DNA of 62,674 nt from Pelomyxa schiedti (GCA_020536535.1 JAHLWZ010000878.1:1-62674), one strand, 5' to 3'; positions 21,044 to 33,213 are shown, counted from the first letter of the stretch. Notes: generated from the sequence alone by a model not told the origin. Numbers and translations are program-made.

Positions 21044-23304
21044 TCAGTGGTCATCACGGTTGTTGGAGACGCCGTACTTCCACTTCTGAACAAGGTACAC
21101 TAAGAACATGACATCTGCATTTCACGTAAGCTCTACCCAAAATCAATTTGTAGGAACTTTACCATTACTGAAGAGCGAGATACGGTGCATGACGGGCATT
21201 TTGAGGAGAAAGGGGTAAAAGTCGTCACTTATAGCTTCCAAGGCCTTGCCTAAGCCACCCCAGGGCAGGGGGAGCACGGACTGAATCATTCGTATTGTCA
21301 CTTACATGCGTGTTTGAATATCCAAACCTTGAACTTGTAATTAATGTACAACTGTGGAACGATCTTGAGAAAAGAAAGCAAGTAGGCTGCTGCCGCGGCG
21401 CCCGAAAGAACTCTAAGTCAACTTGTTAGCAACACTGAGTGTTGATGTTGTTGTCAATACCTCGAGTAGATGCCCCTTTGGGTTGCGAACATCAGCGTCA
21501 ATTCAAAACATAGAATAACAGGTGCAGAGAACCAACGTAAAAGAAATCGCATTGCCTGTTGGTCGTATTCTTTTGTTCTACTATGTGCAACACTCTGCTT
21601 CAAAATCTTTTCATTTTGTCACATTCATTGATTTGGTCTGAGAAGGTACATACGAAAAGTTTTGAGGCTCGGGCAAGCTTCCAGAGAGCCAATATCAGTG
21701 CAATGCCATTGATAATAATGTTAAACGTACTCCTGTTATCACTGTCGAGGAGGTAGAGGAAAATAATTGACTGACAGGCAGTGTCAAGAATGAGAGACGT
21801 AACTGAGGTACCAGCAACAGAGTTCAAGGTTCTCCAGAAGGAGAAATCTGGAAGATGAATGTTACCTGAGTTGGTTATGGGTTTTAAGATTTTCACCACC
21901 CTTCCAAAGACTAATGGCACCAAGGCAAGTGCTTACAACTGAAATACAGGTGATGAACGACCAGAGAGGGATATCATTGAGGATTTGCTGTGAAAACGAT
22001 TGAATCAGTTATCTACAAAGGGAAGTAGAAAACCATCATTTCGGGATACATCTGCCATAGCAATATCTGTTCGGGTGGTGAATATACAGATCAAAAAGGA
22101 GAGGTTCACTACGTTGCGTGCAAAGTCTCCAGTAACTGTGCGGAACCTCAGCCTTAGCGGTAGTGTGGAAGAGGTGTCATCAATGGCGATCCAGTTTCGC
22201 TCAGAGAGGTGTTTGTTGTCGGCCAGGAGGATTGGCCAGAACCTTGTTTGGCATGAGCACACTCGCACACGCGCGAAAATCCTAGCACTCACCATGCATT
22301 CTCCAAGTCGTATTGCATTTGTCCCAGGGCCTCATGGCACACAAATTCAGGAGAAACAGGTGATAGCAGGTGAATGTTAAGTTCGGGAATCCAGTATGGG
22401 TAAAAAACGGGCTGTGATGAGAGTTGATCTAATGACAAAAGAAAAGATCTCATGCATTGTCACATTCAGTGCCGTGGTGCCAACACCAAAATGGATTTGA
22501 CTTTGTCGCGTAATGCACAAGGGCTGAAGGGTCCCAAAATTCAATTCTTTCTTAAGAAGGGGTGTTTGGTGGGGAGACTTACGTTTTGCGACGTGCAGCA
22601 TGCTCTGTAACGTGGTTTGCCTGCTCAGGAATATGTGGGCGTAGACCGTTGAGTTTCTGCTAAGTACGGAAGGAGGTATTTGTACTTCTGTGTCCAAAGC
22701 CCGTCGGTTGCCTCTGCGGGGCTCGTCTGTGATGTATCTAAGCAGGAAGGTGGTGAAGAGAGCACTTAGTTGTCATGTACGTAGTGGAAAAAGGCATCCC
22801 ACCTCTCAGTCCAAATAAAATCCCCTTTGCCACAACCAGCAATCTCCAATGTATCCGTCAAACACACGCTGAGGACCTGCCCAAGAAAACTAAGTAAAAC
22901 CAGTAGTTCTCCACCAACCACCGGCGGCGCCCCGCAACTACCCACTCACCCACTCGCCCACTCGCCCACTCGCACACGCGCGCACACACCAGCGGCTCGC
23001 CGGGGCGTATGGCGCACTGCCACGGCTTGTCCCCAGCAGGCACGACGCCGCTCGCCGACCACGCCACCATCGCACTCCGCACCGTCATGAGCACACTTGC
23101 CGCCAGAAGCGCCGCCCCGATGTGCCGGCACGGCTCGGGGCGGGGCCGCTGCTGCTGCGCCGAAACGGTGTCCGGCGGCGCCGCGTAATGGGGCAGCACA
23201 ATCTGCCGCGCCCACGCTCGTATTCGCGCACGTGCTCCCTCGCTGTGGGTTGTCCTACCGGCCACGTCCATGTGCCGCGTCGATGAAGGGAGTTTGGTAT
23301 ACAC
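21044..23304 (-). CDS. CLPTM1/CLPTM1L-like membrane protein (lipid scramblase family), multi-exon
   Basis: RNSTVYAHIFL, FWPILLADN, FSFWRTLNSVAGTS, IIFLYLLDSD, VPQLYINYKFK, KMPVMHRIS, DVMFLVYLVQKWKY. Start may be 23304 or a downstream Met. Confidence 0.85.
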
Positions 23305-23546
23305 GGATTATGTCGTCTCCACTTTTGAGAACAGCCCAACCAACTTGGTGGCTGTGTCACACAAACGCGGAAATACAACTCGAGATGCCAACCCACGCAG
23401 GGGAGTGATGTCATTGTTCATTTGTGAAGAACCTCCGCTTGTCCCCGCCCTCATTTCCGCAAAAAAAAAAAAAAAAAGCGCGATGATGGTGCCGTTTATA
23501 AACAAACGGGCGCATGGAGATCTGAGCAGACATTGTGCAAAGAAAA

Positions 23547-25559
23547 ATGAGAAAGGATAATCTGGTCTTGTGCACGTCGGTTTGTGGTTTGGCTCTGTTG
23601 TTTTGCTGTGTTGAATGCAGTGGTTCCACGTACCCATGCGACGGGCGAGCTGGGTTTTGGTGCACAACTGACGGTACGCACGACTCCTCCTACTACTACG
23701 AATGCCGCTCTTCCTCATTCTGGGTACACCCTTTTTTTTTCCCCTTTTGGTTACTTTCTCCCTGTTTACATTCCCGCAGAAATGGATGCCGTCGTCGCTG
23801 TTGAAGTACTTCGAGGGATGGCGCAAGTGCGGCACCGGTACATCGTGTATGGTCGGGGGATATCACCTATCGAACGCGTGCACCAAGAGCTTATGTGGGA
23901 ACGGAGTATGCGAGTCGCCAGAAACATGCACATCGTGTCCCGCAGATTGCTGGCAGTGCGGATGTGATACATCCACTTGCAAGTAAGAGCGAGCTAGTAG
24001 ACTTCTTCATGGGAATGCTGTACCTACCATTACACAGATTGCCCAATTGTAAGTGCGCAGACCTCGCGATCCCTGGCGGACTTGCCTTGGAAGAAACCCC
24101 GCAATTTGTTGTTCTAACTTTGGATGATTATATCAACGATGATGTCTGGCCCGAGATAGAATCTGTCATGAAAAATAGTGAGTGTCAACCTCGTATTCTA
24201 GTTTTAAACTTCATACAGGTCCACGCGATGCCCTTTCATGTCCTCCCCGCACAACACTCTTCATGCACGGATATGGTCAGCACTATGACTTAATTGAGAA
24301 GTTATTGGAAATGGGGGGTGAACTTGCCTGTCATACAGCCACACACGCTACTTCATATACAACTACTTTGAAGGTTCTCTCTCCCAACAATCTGCTACGT
24401 TCCAGTGACTGGGTTTTTCCAGGAATGGAGGAAACAGATTTCCATATCGAACAATTGCTTAAACAAGTTAGTTGAGGTAAATCACACACTTTCTGGCAGT
24501 AGGGCTCCGTTTTTGTTTTGGAGTGCTACCATGATGAAGGTTTGTTGCATCAAATGATGCAGGAATCGTTTGGACTAAACTACATCCACCAGGCCCTAGC
24601 TGCTGAAGGAGTAATGTGGGACAGTAGTATTATATGCAACTATGAGGATCATGGAGGGTGGCCCTGGCCTTTTCTTGTCCAATATGGCATACCTAAGTTG
24701 AGCTATTTTGCTGAAGCTGTTCCATCGTCGGAGAAGATATGGGAGTTACCTCTATATGCTCCATTGAATGCAAGCATTTCAGTTGCTAATCCTGTAACAG
24801 CTTACTTTTTCTAACAGCCAAATACGAACTCATCAGAGGAGTGCATGGACCCACTTGATAACTGGACACCCAACGATATCCTGCCAATGCTCAAATCCAG
24901 CTTTGAAAAACATTACAGAACAAACCGTGCTCCATACGGCATTTATTGGCACCCAGCAAGTAATTATGTCTTCATTCCAATTTTTCCCCTCTAAAACAGT
25001 TCCCTAGCTCTGACGAGACTGGCGAGATCGTCACTCCTGATCAACTTCCTTAAGTTCACACAACAGTTCTCCGATGTGTATTACGGTTCACCACTCAAAA
25101 CATACTTAAAGGATTCTAAACTCAAATAGCTACCATGTCAGAGGTTGTAGACTGGGTGAGGTACCCAAAGCCCGCAAGCCAATTTAGGTTTGTTCCATTT
25201 GTCGGTGCACTGGATACCTGACATCCACTCTCAAATCACAGGTCTTCTGGGGGCTTCAACTGTGGGGACGTGGTGGTGAATGTAGACAATGACCTGCAGT
25301 GTATGCACGGCTACGCTTCCAATGCCACGGTTTGCGACTGTGCGGACACCTCCCTCAGACTATGCACCAAGTGCCCACCAGCCGACTATGTTGTTGGCGA
25401 TTTATGTTAAAAAAAAAATCCTTCTTGGAACTGAGTTTCTTTCGAAGCTTTCGAAATGTGGAAAAAACACGGGATCCCAGCAACAAAACAACCGGCGGGT
25501 TATTAATATACGATCCCAGATACATTGAGTCACCTTCAAATCTGGTAGCCTCCACCTGA
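23547..25559 (+). CDS. Secreted polysaccharide deacetylase (CE4, chitin-deacetylase-like) with Cys-rich N- and C-terminal regions
   Basis: Signal peptide; CKLPNCKCA..IPGGL..EETPQFVVLTLDD, ELACHTATH, RAPFL, WDSSI, WELPL, HYRTNRAPYG, DVYY. End is approximate. Confidence 0.85.
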
Positions 25560-25824
25560 CCGGCGAGCCATTCCCAGTGGCAGTGTTGGTTTTGCACCTA
25601 GCTTTTATTAAAGTTGAACAAAACTGGCAAGGACACTCGAAGTAAATTTTATGGGTTTTTTCCTCTGCATGACTTGAGTTTTTCGAGTTCGTTATGGTGA
25701 AGGTTAACTGTGGTGCTGTCTATGTTAGGTAGGGAGCACAGGCGGAGATGAAGGTTTTCTTTGAGGCAGGCATTTCAGTGTACTGATGGAGAGGTGCTGC
25801 AGGTGCCACCGGTGCAGTTGTAAA

Positions 25825-26235
25825 TCAGTCCCAGGGTTCTAAAGTGCAGTGAAGGTCCCGTTTGTGCCACCAGGCAACAGGACTCTTCTGATCATCTCCC
25901 TTGAAGCGAACGGCATGAACCAGCTTTGGGCACACAGGGTGGGAGGTGTGCAAGGGCTGTGTGTGCTGTGGGGTTGGCGGAACTACATAAAGAGGAAGGA
26001 AGACGCCACTGCTGCTGTCCACGACGATCGGCGTGTTAACGCTCCCGCCCCAATGGTTGTCGAACTGTGGGGGCGGCGGAGGACCTCGGCGGCTTTGGTC
26101 TGCGTGTACACTGCGCCGTGGAGGTGCCGGCTGTAGAGAGATCTCACCGCAAACAAGGGGACTTGCGCCGCACAACAACAACCACAACAACAGCAGCCGC
26201 CGCCTATTCTCACGCCCCCTCCTCCTCCCAATCAT
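25825..26235 (-). pseudogene. Signal-peptide-bearing gene fragment that forms the left arm of the inverted repeat
   Basis: MIGRRRGRENRRRLLLLWLLLCGASPLVCG... followed by HADQSRRG...GGSVNTPIVVDSSSGV, weakly reminiscent of a beta-propeller blade. No convincing long continuation. Confidence 0.35.
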
Positions 26236-26460
26236 GTTGTCCAACAACAAGCCTACTGGACAATCTTGTGACTGTGAGATCTCGCCTCTACTCCACGGCG
26301 CAGTGTACACGCAGACCAAAGCCGCCGAGGTCCTCCGCCGCCCCCACAGTTCGACAACCATTGGGGCGGGAGCGTTAACACGCCGATCGTCGTGGACAGC
26401 AGCAGTGGCGTCTTCCTTCCTCTTTATGTAGTTCCGCCAACTCCACAGCACACACAGCCC
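25954..26460. repeat. Long inverted repeat: arms 25954-26123 and 26291-26460 (170 bp, one mismatch seen), 167-bp spacer
   Basis: The right arm is the reverse complement of the left arm; the same peptides appear in both + and - ORFs of the six-frame track. Confidence 0.97.
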
Positions 26461-26949
26461 CCCGGTCCTTGTGACTGTGTGATCTTGGGGTTTTTTTTGG
26501 GATTTATGTTGTAAAAGCTTCCACAAAAAATCTGACAAAAAACTTTTATTCTGGGAGAATACAAGATTTTAACGATCCAGAGAGCACAAGTGGTAGGGAC
26601 ACCCAGAAAATTGTGTGCGTCTGTGTTGTGGAATTTGTCTGGAACTCTGGCTACTCTGTCAATAAAAAAGCTGAATATTAATATCGTTATCATCCAAGCA
26701 ACATCAAAAAATGTGCTGAGCATCCTTCCCAGGCTGCATTTTATACGAGAAGTTACTTTTTACTATCAAGTCTTACCAACTTAATCCCCTGACAAAGGTG
26801 AACCAGAAGGTGTATGTGTTGATACTGTTGTCAAAATCTATTGAAAGATTGAAAGGAGTTTTACGAAAAGAAGGGTTTATGGTGTACTTAAAACATCTCA
26901 AAGGTTTTTTTTAAAGATTAAGTTGAAGCTGGTACACCAATATGGCTCC

Positions 26950-28413
26950 TCACAAGGAATACAAGTTTCATCAAACTGCAAACACAGGGTAAAAACAGTT
27001 ACTTACAGTAGTTTTGTTAGTGAATATTCAAGTAAAGTTTTGCTAGAGTACTTTCTAGTAGTTTGTCTAGAATAGGTAAAGTTCTTCGCATTTGGTTGGG
27101 CACAGTTTATAATATCCACAGGTGGCCATAACATCATCCCCCAAGTGCAAGCAAGCACTTGGATGAGAGTGGTTGAGAGGAACGAATAGGCTAACACACT
27201 GGGAGGGAGTTACAGCAGCAGCTGCCTCATTCTTACAAGGAGGAGGAGAGCACGTGAAATTGGAAATTTGACACCCTTTCCCAGTCTACCTGGCGTGACG
27301 CAATTGGCACCGCAGAGCACTTCCACTGAACCTACGGAAAATTGAGCGGAAGAGTAAAAAAGGTTGGCTGTATTACACACACTTATCACAAACACCATGA
27401 GGGTAACAGCGATTCAGTGCGCCATGTTGCTAAATCTGTGTTAATCCTCTGTGTATTACATTAATTGAATTACCAAGGCTCTGTGACATGAGCACTCACT
27501 ACGGAATTTAAAATTCTTTTTCAACCATCATAATAGGAGAACAGCAGCACAGGGCACATTTTCCAGCTGCTACGATTCATCACAGTGGGTCACGCACCCC
27601 CAGTGCAACCGTTTGGGCAGCAGGAGGAATCTGAGGGTGGGGAAAAAAAGATATGAGATAGGAGGAAGTGGGAAAGAGTAGTTCTGCCTCCATACCAACT
27701 GGAGTTCCGGTACAATTTTTTTAGGGGCAGTTGCATAAAGAAGTATGAGGGATTTTCCCAACTGTCCTCCTCCTATTTGAGCAAATACATTGTGGCAGAC
27801 CATCAGCACCAAGTCTACATTCTATCGGCAGAAAGGTCCCTCCTTGGAGATGTGTGCATGAATGGTGAAAAAGAGGAGTCATCTTGCAAGCGGGCTGTGG
27901 CGGTACACAAGCAATACTGAGATGATACACCAAATTTCGAAAATTACAGCCAGTTCGGTACGGTTTGATTCAGCAGGGGATTCTGGGAGGAGGTTTTAAT
28001 GAAAACTGGAATTTGAAGACTTACGGAAAAGGCCTGCCTCTAGCGTATTGCCTTCGTCAGCTGAAGCATTGCCTAGATGAAATAAGGCTGTGTGTCAATT
28101 GATTAGACAAACAATTGAATGAACACAGAAGTAGGACAGCTAATGTGTACCAGACAGAAAAATCACACACCACAGTAAAACAGCAACGGAGCGTAGTCGA
28201 AAAGTGAGCTGACTTGGTTGGCCCGCCTCGTTTCCGTCACGCTCATGTTTGTCGCGCAAGCTTTTCACCTTGCACTGTGTATGTAGTAATGGTACCAACA
28301 AGAGCCAATAAGACGCGAGCCAAGAAAAAACGGATGACGGGCACACAACGGCGCATTGCAGAAGGGCCCAACACGAATCTAGCCCAAAAAGGTTCAGCCC
28401 GAAACACTGCCAT
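26950..28413 (-). pseudogene. Decayed Cys-rich surface/secreted protein fragments
   Basis: Signal-like RVLLALVGTITT ends in a premature stop; short Cys-rich pieces (IECRLGADGLPQCICS, LCGANCVTPG) are interrupted by stops. Confidence 0.3.
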
Positions 28414-28612
28414 TGCAGTGTCAAAACCAAAGCACGTTGTAACTGAACCAGAACCCATGGGCTTGTGAAATCTATTCAAGTGAACATGTCAGTAGTGTTG
28501 ACGCCACGACGAAAGCGAACGATCCTCATCAGACAAGCAAGTTGGGGGCAAGAATAAAGATTGATTTGTTTGTACAAAATTCCGTGTGAGGTGACGTGCG
28601 TCGTAGAACAAA

Positions 28613-29762
28613 ATGGGGGGAGTTATTGGAGCGTTTATGAGATCCGACGAGGTTATGGCGTCCCTGGAAACTAAGCCAATGAAGTTCCACGCTTATTTCG
28701 CAATTATTGTTTCAGCAGCACTTTTTGTTGGTGGGCATGCCAAACACTATGACGTCTGAATGATGGGAAAAAGCAATTGAAAGGGATTGATTTTGTTTTC
28801 AATTGTCAGGGTGGACTATCATACAAGTCATCTCGCCAATGATAGTTCCTTGGTTTATTTTCCCTGTTTCTTTCTTTGCAATTACGCTTGCTGCCCATTT
28901 TTACTTGCTCATTAGACCGATGGAATGGCTTCAGGTAAATTTTCCTTTTTCTTACAAATTTATGTCACTTTGTTACACAGCTTCACGTTGTAGCTTTCGT
29001 ATCCGTGAATGTATCTCTTTTTGTGACATGGTCCTGTGTTGTGAAAGAGCATCCTTGGTTTGCCTATGTTGCACTTGCTTGGGCCATTCCTTTTTCTTGC
29101 CATTTCTTAAGCAGGCTCACCTCTTCATGTACTCTGTTACTGTCTCTTCACTTTCTATCACTCAAGAATTTTGGCAGCTAAATTACTTTTAATGCACTGC
29201 AGTGCCTTCTTCTTTGTCAACGGCCTGTGCTTTCTTGCTTGGATGGATTTTTCAACACCTGAAAACATTTGGTTTGTATTTGTTTTCATGGTCCTGTCTC
29301 TGCTATTATTTTTGCACTGTGCTCTCACCAATGGCTTCTCAATGGTACTCCAGCTCAAATCCTTTCCCCTAACCTTTTGTGCAGTTCTACATTCACGCGT
29401 TTATTTTCTTTGATGTAAACTTGATTCTATTCTTTGTTTGGGTCATTATTGACTCCACCCTCCCCTGGATATCAGTCCCCGTAATAGTATGCTCATTTCT
29501 CTTCTCTTACCCAGGTTTAATCTTTATGTCACAAGATATGGGGATCCCTCTTGGGTGTGCACTTCAAGCTTGCAAAACCCACCCCCAAATCACAACCTCC
29601 ACCATTTAACCTGCACCAAGAGTTTGTGATCGGTATGCCTTTTTCACTCCCTTCTTATCTCACATAAATCCAATACAATCACATGCCAACCACACAGAGC
29701 ACCCAGAAGACGAAATCATCACTCCTGGTGTTCCAATTGTCACAGGCACACAAGCACTTTAA
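28613..29762 (+). CDS. Multi-pass membrane protein with four tandem 2TM-like helical hairpins
   Basis: Four spliced repeats of H-x6-V(N/S)-x3-F-x2-W...(P/I)W...H, resembling the bacterial 2TM domain. Confidence 0.75.
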
Positions 29763-29821
29763 TAGATTTTCAAATTCTATGTGGCCCTGTTTTTGTACTA
29801 TCAAAAAAACAGGAAAAAACC

Positions 29822-31163
29822 ATGGCCACGACGCCGGGAATTGGGGCAGATGCGGGGCCGGACGTAGGCAATTGTGGGACGACTACTACTACGACGACCA
29901 CGAGTTGTGCTGGGACACCAACCGGGGAGTGGTTGTCATCAGCAGTGGCACTCCGGGAATTGATGTCAATGGGGGGCCCTCTCGTAGACATACGCAAAGA
30001 GAGCGAGTACTCACTAGGCCACGTCATTGGGGCAACAAACGTGCCGCTGGACCAGCTGTTTGACCGTAGATGCGAGATGCCGCCCAGGTTACCGTCCTCG
30101 GTATGCGATATTCGTTTTCGTATTGACGTAGTTTGTGTTTCTATTGTTATTATTGAAAGTGACACTACAAATTCCCCTCCCTCCCTGATACATTCGGTTC
30201 TATTGGTTAAGGCATTTTAAAAGGAAATAAAGAAATAGTTATAGGGTAATCATATGCCTTGTGGAGATGTCTTTTTTCCCCACCTATTAATACCTTAGCC
30301 ACCCACAGAACTAAACTTGATGGGAGGGCGGGACGAGGACTTGGTTTTAGCAAAAAAAATTTTAGAGGATACACACTATTTAATCAGACAAATGTGGCTA
30401 TGCTCACCAGAACTTCGCCAAGGTGAATTTTATCCCCATCACATTTTGCACTAAAAAATTCTCAAAAGACACATCTGCACTTTGGGAAGTGAACACCAAG
30501 TCCAGACGTCTTTGGAACCCAAATCCATTCTTGATGTCAGTGATTGACACCGTGGAAGCAAAGCTCTCCCACCAGACTCCTAGGCGTGCGGTTGACGTGG
30601 CCTGCGGAAGTGGCAGGTTCCATCGCCTACAATACTTACTTATGCTTATTTCTGTGACAGAGATTCCGTATTTTTACTTGAAAGAGGCTGGAATGTTGTG
30701 GGAATTGATTTCAACCCGCACCTCTTGGCATTGGCAACCACTTTTGCATCTCGATTTATTCCGGATACAGCAGCCAGGTTCTCAGTAAGTTGTATCGATC
30801 TGGAAGACCTCCCCACCGCCTTGAGCAAGTTACCACCAAGGGCCGACGTAGTTCACGTTGCACGCTATCTTCATCGACCGTTACTGCCACACCTCCGGGA
30901 TTTTGTTTTACCTGGAGGGTATGCAATTATTCGAGACTGAGTTCAACCTTCTCATTCTCATCAGGTTTATCATTTACCACACCTTTATGGAACCAGCTGT
31001 TGGAAAACCAAACAAAATCAAACACCTCCTTCACAAAGGCGAACTATTGGATAATTTCGGACCGTCCCATGGCTTCACTGTCATTGACTACCGAGAATCC
31101 ACCCTCGAAGATAGGCGCCACGTGCAATTCATTTGCTCACAAAAGAACCCCGATGCCTCTTAA
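29822..31163 (+). CDS. Rhodanese-like domain fused to class I SAM methyltransferase (TehB-like)
   Basis: LVDIRKESEYSLGHVIGATNVP; RLWNPNPFL; AVDVACGSGR|DSVFLLERGWNVVGID; VARYLHRPL..LPGG|FIIYHTF. Confidence 0.85.
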
Positions 31164-31395
31164 TAAAGTGATTCGTCCCAACCCCTGTAAGGTAATTGGC
31201 GAAGCACCAGGTCACTCTGACATTGCAACTGAAAAACAGAGTAAATTTTAAAAAAGAATTCAAAAAAGAAAAAATCTTGTGACGGTGGTGCCGGTGTGTA
31301 TCACGACACTTGTTGTTTTTTTTTTCCTTTTGTAGTTTACGTGCAAGTATTCGACTCGATGCCGGCATCACTTCTCAACATTCACCGGCAGATAA

Positions 31396-33213
31396 ATGGA
31401 ACAGGCGGACTACAAGTCACTTCCAGATGATGTGTTCTGGCACTGCACGATGCGCGAAAAGGGCACCGGGAGAACAGTTGGGAATGGCTATCAGTGCCAC
31501 TTCGTCGTTGGTCGTCGAGAACCAAAGGGTTTTTATCTCTTCCAGGGGATGGCTGAAGAGCAGAACAATCCCAAAATGTTCCGCATGCTTGGGGAATTCT
31601 ACATGAGGGGGCAGGGAACAGACCCAGACCCAATCAAAGGGCGGCAGTACTTCCACAAGGCAGCCGATGCCGGCAGTGTGTCAGCATTATGGGACCTCGC
31701 AAATTGCTACTTCACTGGCAGAGGTGGCCTTCCAAGGGATGTGGCCAAATCTATTCCTTTTCTCCAGAGGGGAGCTGATTCTGGAGATTCAAATGCTATG
31801 TATATCCTTGGAAACTGCTTCTTGGGTGGAATGGAAGTGGCTGAGGATCCCAGCAAAGCAGCTTCTTTGTTTCAAAAAGCTGCCGATCTTGGACTTGCTG
31901 ATGCATGCGTTGATCTCGGAGAGCTTTACATACAGGGTACAGGTGTTCCAATAGACGAGAAAAAGGCTATTTCTCTTTTCCAGAAGGCTGTCAATGATCC
32001 CAAGGTTGGATGGCAGGCTCAGCTCAATCTCAGTGACTTCTACTTGGGCGGTTTACATGGAGTGAAACAAGACGTGAAGAAGGGTCTCTCATATTTGGAT
32101 AAAGCTGTGCAGAAAGGCGATGCAAGCGGCTTATTCCGCATGGCCAGATGTTATGACCTTGGACAAGGAGTTGAGAGAAATGTCAAGAAGGCAATCAAGC
32201 TTTACCAGAAATCCGTGGAAGGTGGTTGCGTAACAGCAATGTACGGCCTCAGTGAGCACTACATGAAGGGTGCCGGCGTTCCACTTGACAAAGCTGAAGC
32301 CATTTCACTTCTTCAGCAGTGTGTTCAGAAGAACGATCGGCAAGGATTGTGGCGACTGGGCAGATGCTATGACACTGGAGAAGGAGTTGAGAAAAATTCT
32401 AGCAAAGCAGTTGAACTTTACCAGAGGGCTGTGGGGCGTGGTTGTTCAGTAGCAATGTGCAACCTCAGTGAGCACTACATGAATGGCGACGGGATTACCT
32501 TTGACCCAGAACAAGCCATTTCACTTTTGGAGAGGTCGTCAAACCTGGGATACACTCCGGCAATGCTTCAACTTGCTCAATATTACAGGGAGGGCAAAGG
32601 AGTGGACGTGGACATTCCAAAAGCAATTTCGCTCCTGAATCAGGCCGCTGAAACTGGAGATGATACAGCAATGGTTGAACTCAGTCGCTATTACAGCTTG
32701 GGAGATGGTGTCCCCATTGACATGAATCGCGCTGTTACATTCATTCGAAGGGCTCATAAGTTGAGGAACACTGAGGCTGGGATCGCACTTGGCTGGGGTC
32801 TGTTGATGGGTGCTTATGACATGAAGCGCGACGCAAACAAGGCCATTGCAATTCTGAAGAAGGCAGCAGAAGAATCATATGATGCAAAAAGCATGTTGGC
32901 ATGGTGCTACGAATGCGGCTTGGGCCTTGGCAAAGACCCGCACAAGGCCAACACCCTTTTCAAAGAAGTCATCGACAATGACCGCGCAGAGTCCATCTTC
33001 AAAGTTGGCGCACTGTACGAAGCCGGTGCGTTTCATGGGCCAAAAGACGTGACAAAGGCGTACCAGCTCTACACGAGGGCCGCTCGAGCCGGGCATGGAC
33101 GGGCGCAGAAGAAGGTCCACGCGCTCTTGAGTTGTTGCTTGAGGGCGTTTGGTCGCGAGGATGCCCCGGCTGTCATCCCATTATCATGCTGTGGCACTGC
33201 AGTTCCTTGGTGA
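31396..33213 (+). CDS. Sel1-like repeat protein, single exon, 605 aa
   Basis: Roughly 14 repeats of A..LG.cY..G.GV..D..KA..l...A..G. Confidence 0.93.
   Translation: MEQADYKSLPDDVFWHCTMREKGTGRTVGNGYQCHFVVGRREPKGFYLFQGMAEEQNNPKMFRMLGEFYMRGQGTDPDPIKGRQYFHKAADAGSVSALWDLANCYFTGRGGLPRDVAKSIPFLQRGADSGDSNAMYILGNCFLGGMEVAEDPSKAASLFQKAADLGLADACVDLGELYIQGTGVPIDEKKAISLFQKAVNDPKVGWQAQLNLSDFYLGGLHGVKQDVKKGLSYLDKAVQKGDASGLFRMARCYDLGQGVERNVKKAIKLYQKSVEGGCVTAMYGLSEHYMKGAGVPLDKAEAISLLQQCVQKNDRQGLWRLGRCYDTGEGVEKNSSKAVELYQRAVGRGCSVAMCNLSEHYMNGDGITFDPEQAISLLERSSNLGYTPAMLQLAQYYREGKGVDVDIPKAISLLNQAAETGDDTAMVELSRYYSLGDGVPIDMNRAVTFIRRAHKLRNTEAGIALGWGLLMGAYDMKRDANKAIAILKKAAEESYDAKSMLAWCYECGLGLGKDPHKANTLFKEVIDNDRAESIFKVGALYEAGAFHGPKDVTKAYQLYTRAARAGHGRAQKKVHALLSCCLRAFGREDAPAVIPLSCCGTAVPW

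Noticed and set aside
20821-21093. Operon-like ATGA stop/start overlap with the calmodulin-like gene
   Set aside because: The 90-aa ORF is not the CLPTM1-like reading frame, which stops at 21044; the overlap is with a spurious ORF.
25954-26460. Autonomous transposon with terminal inverted repeats
   Set aside because: No transposase, the arms look like gene sequence, and the direct repeat flanks one arm rather than the whole structure.
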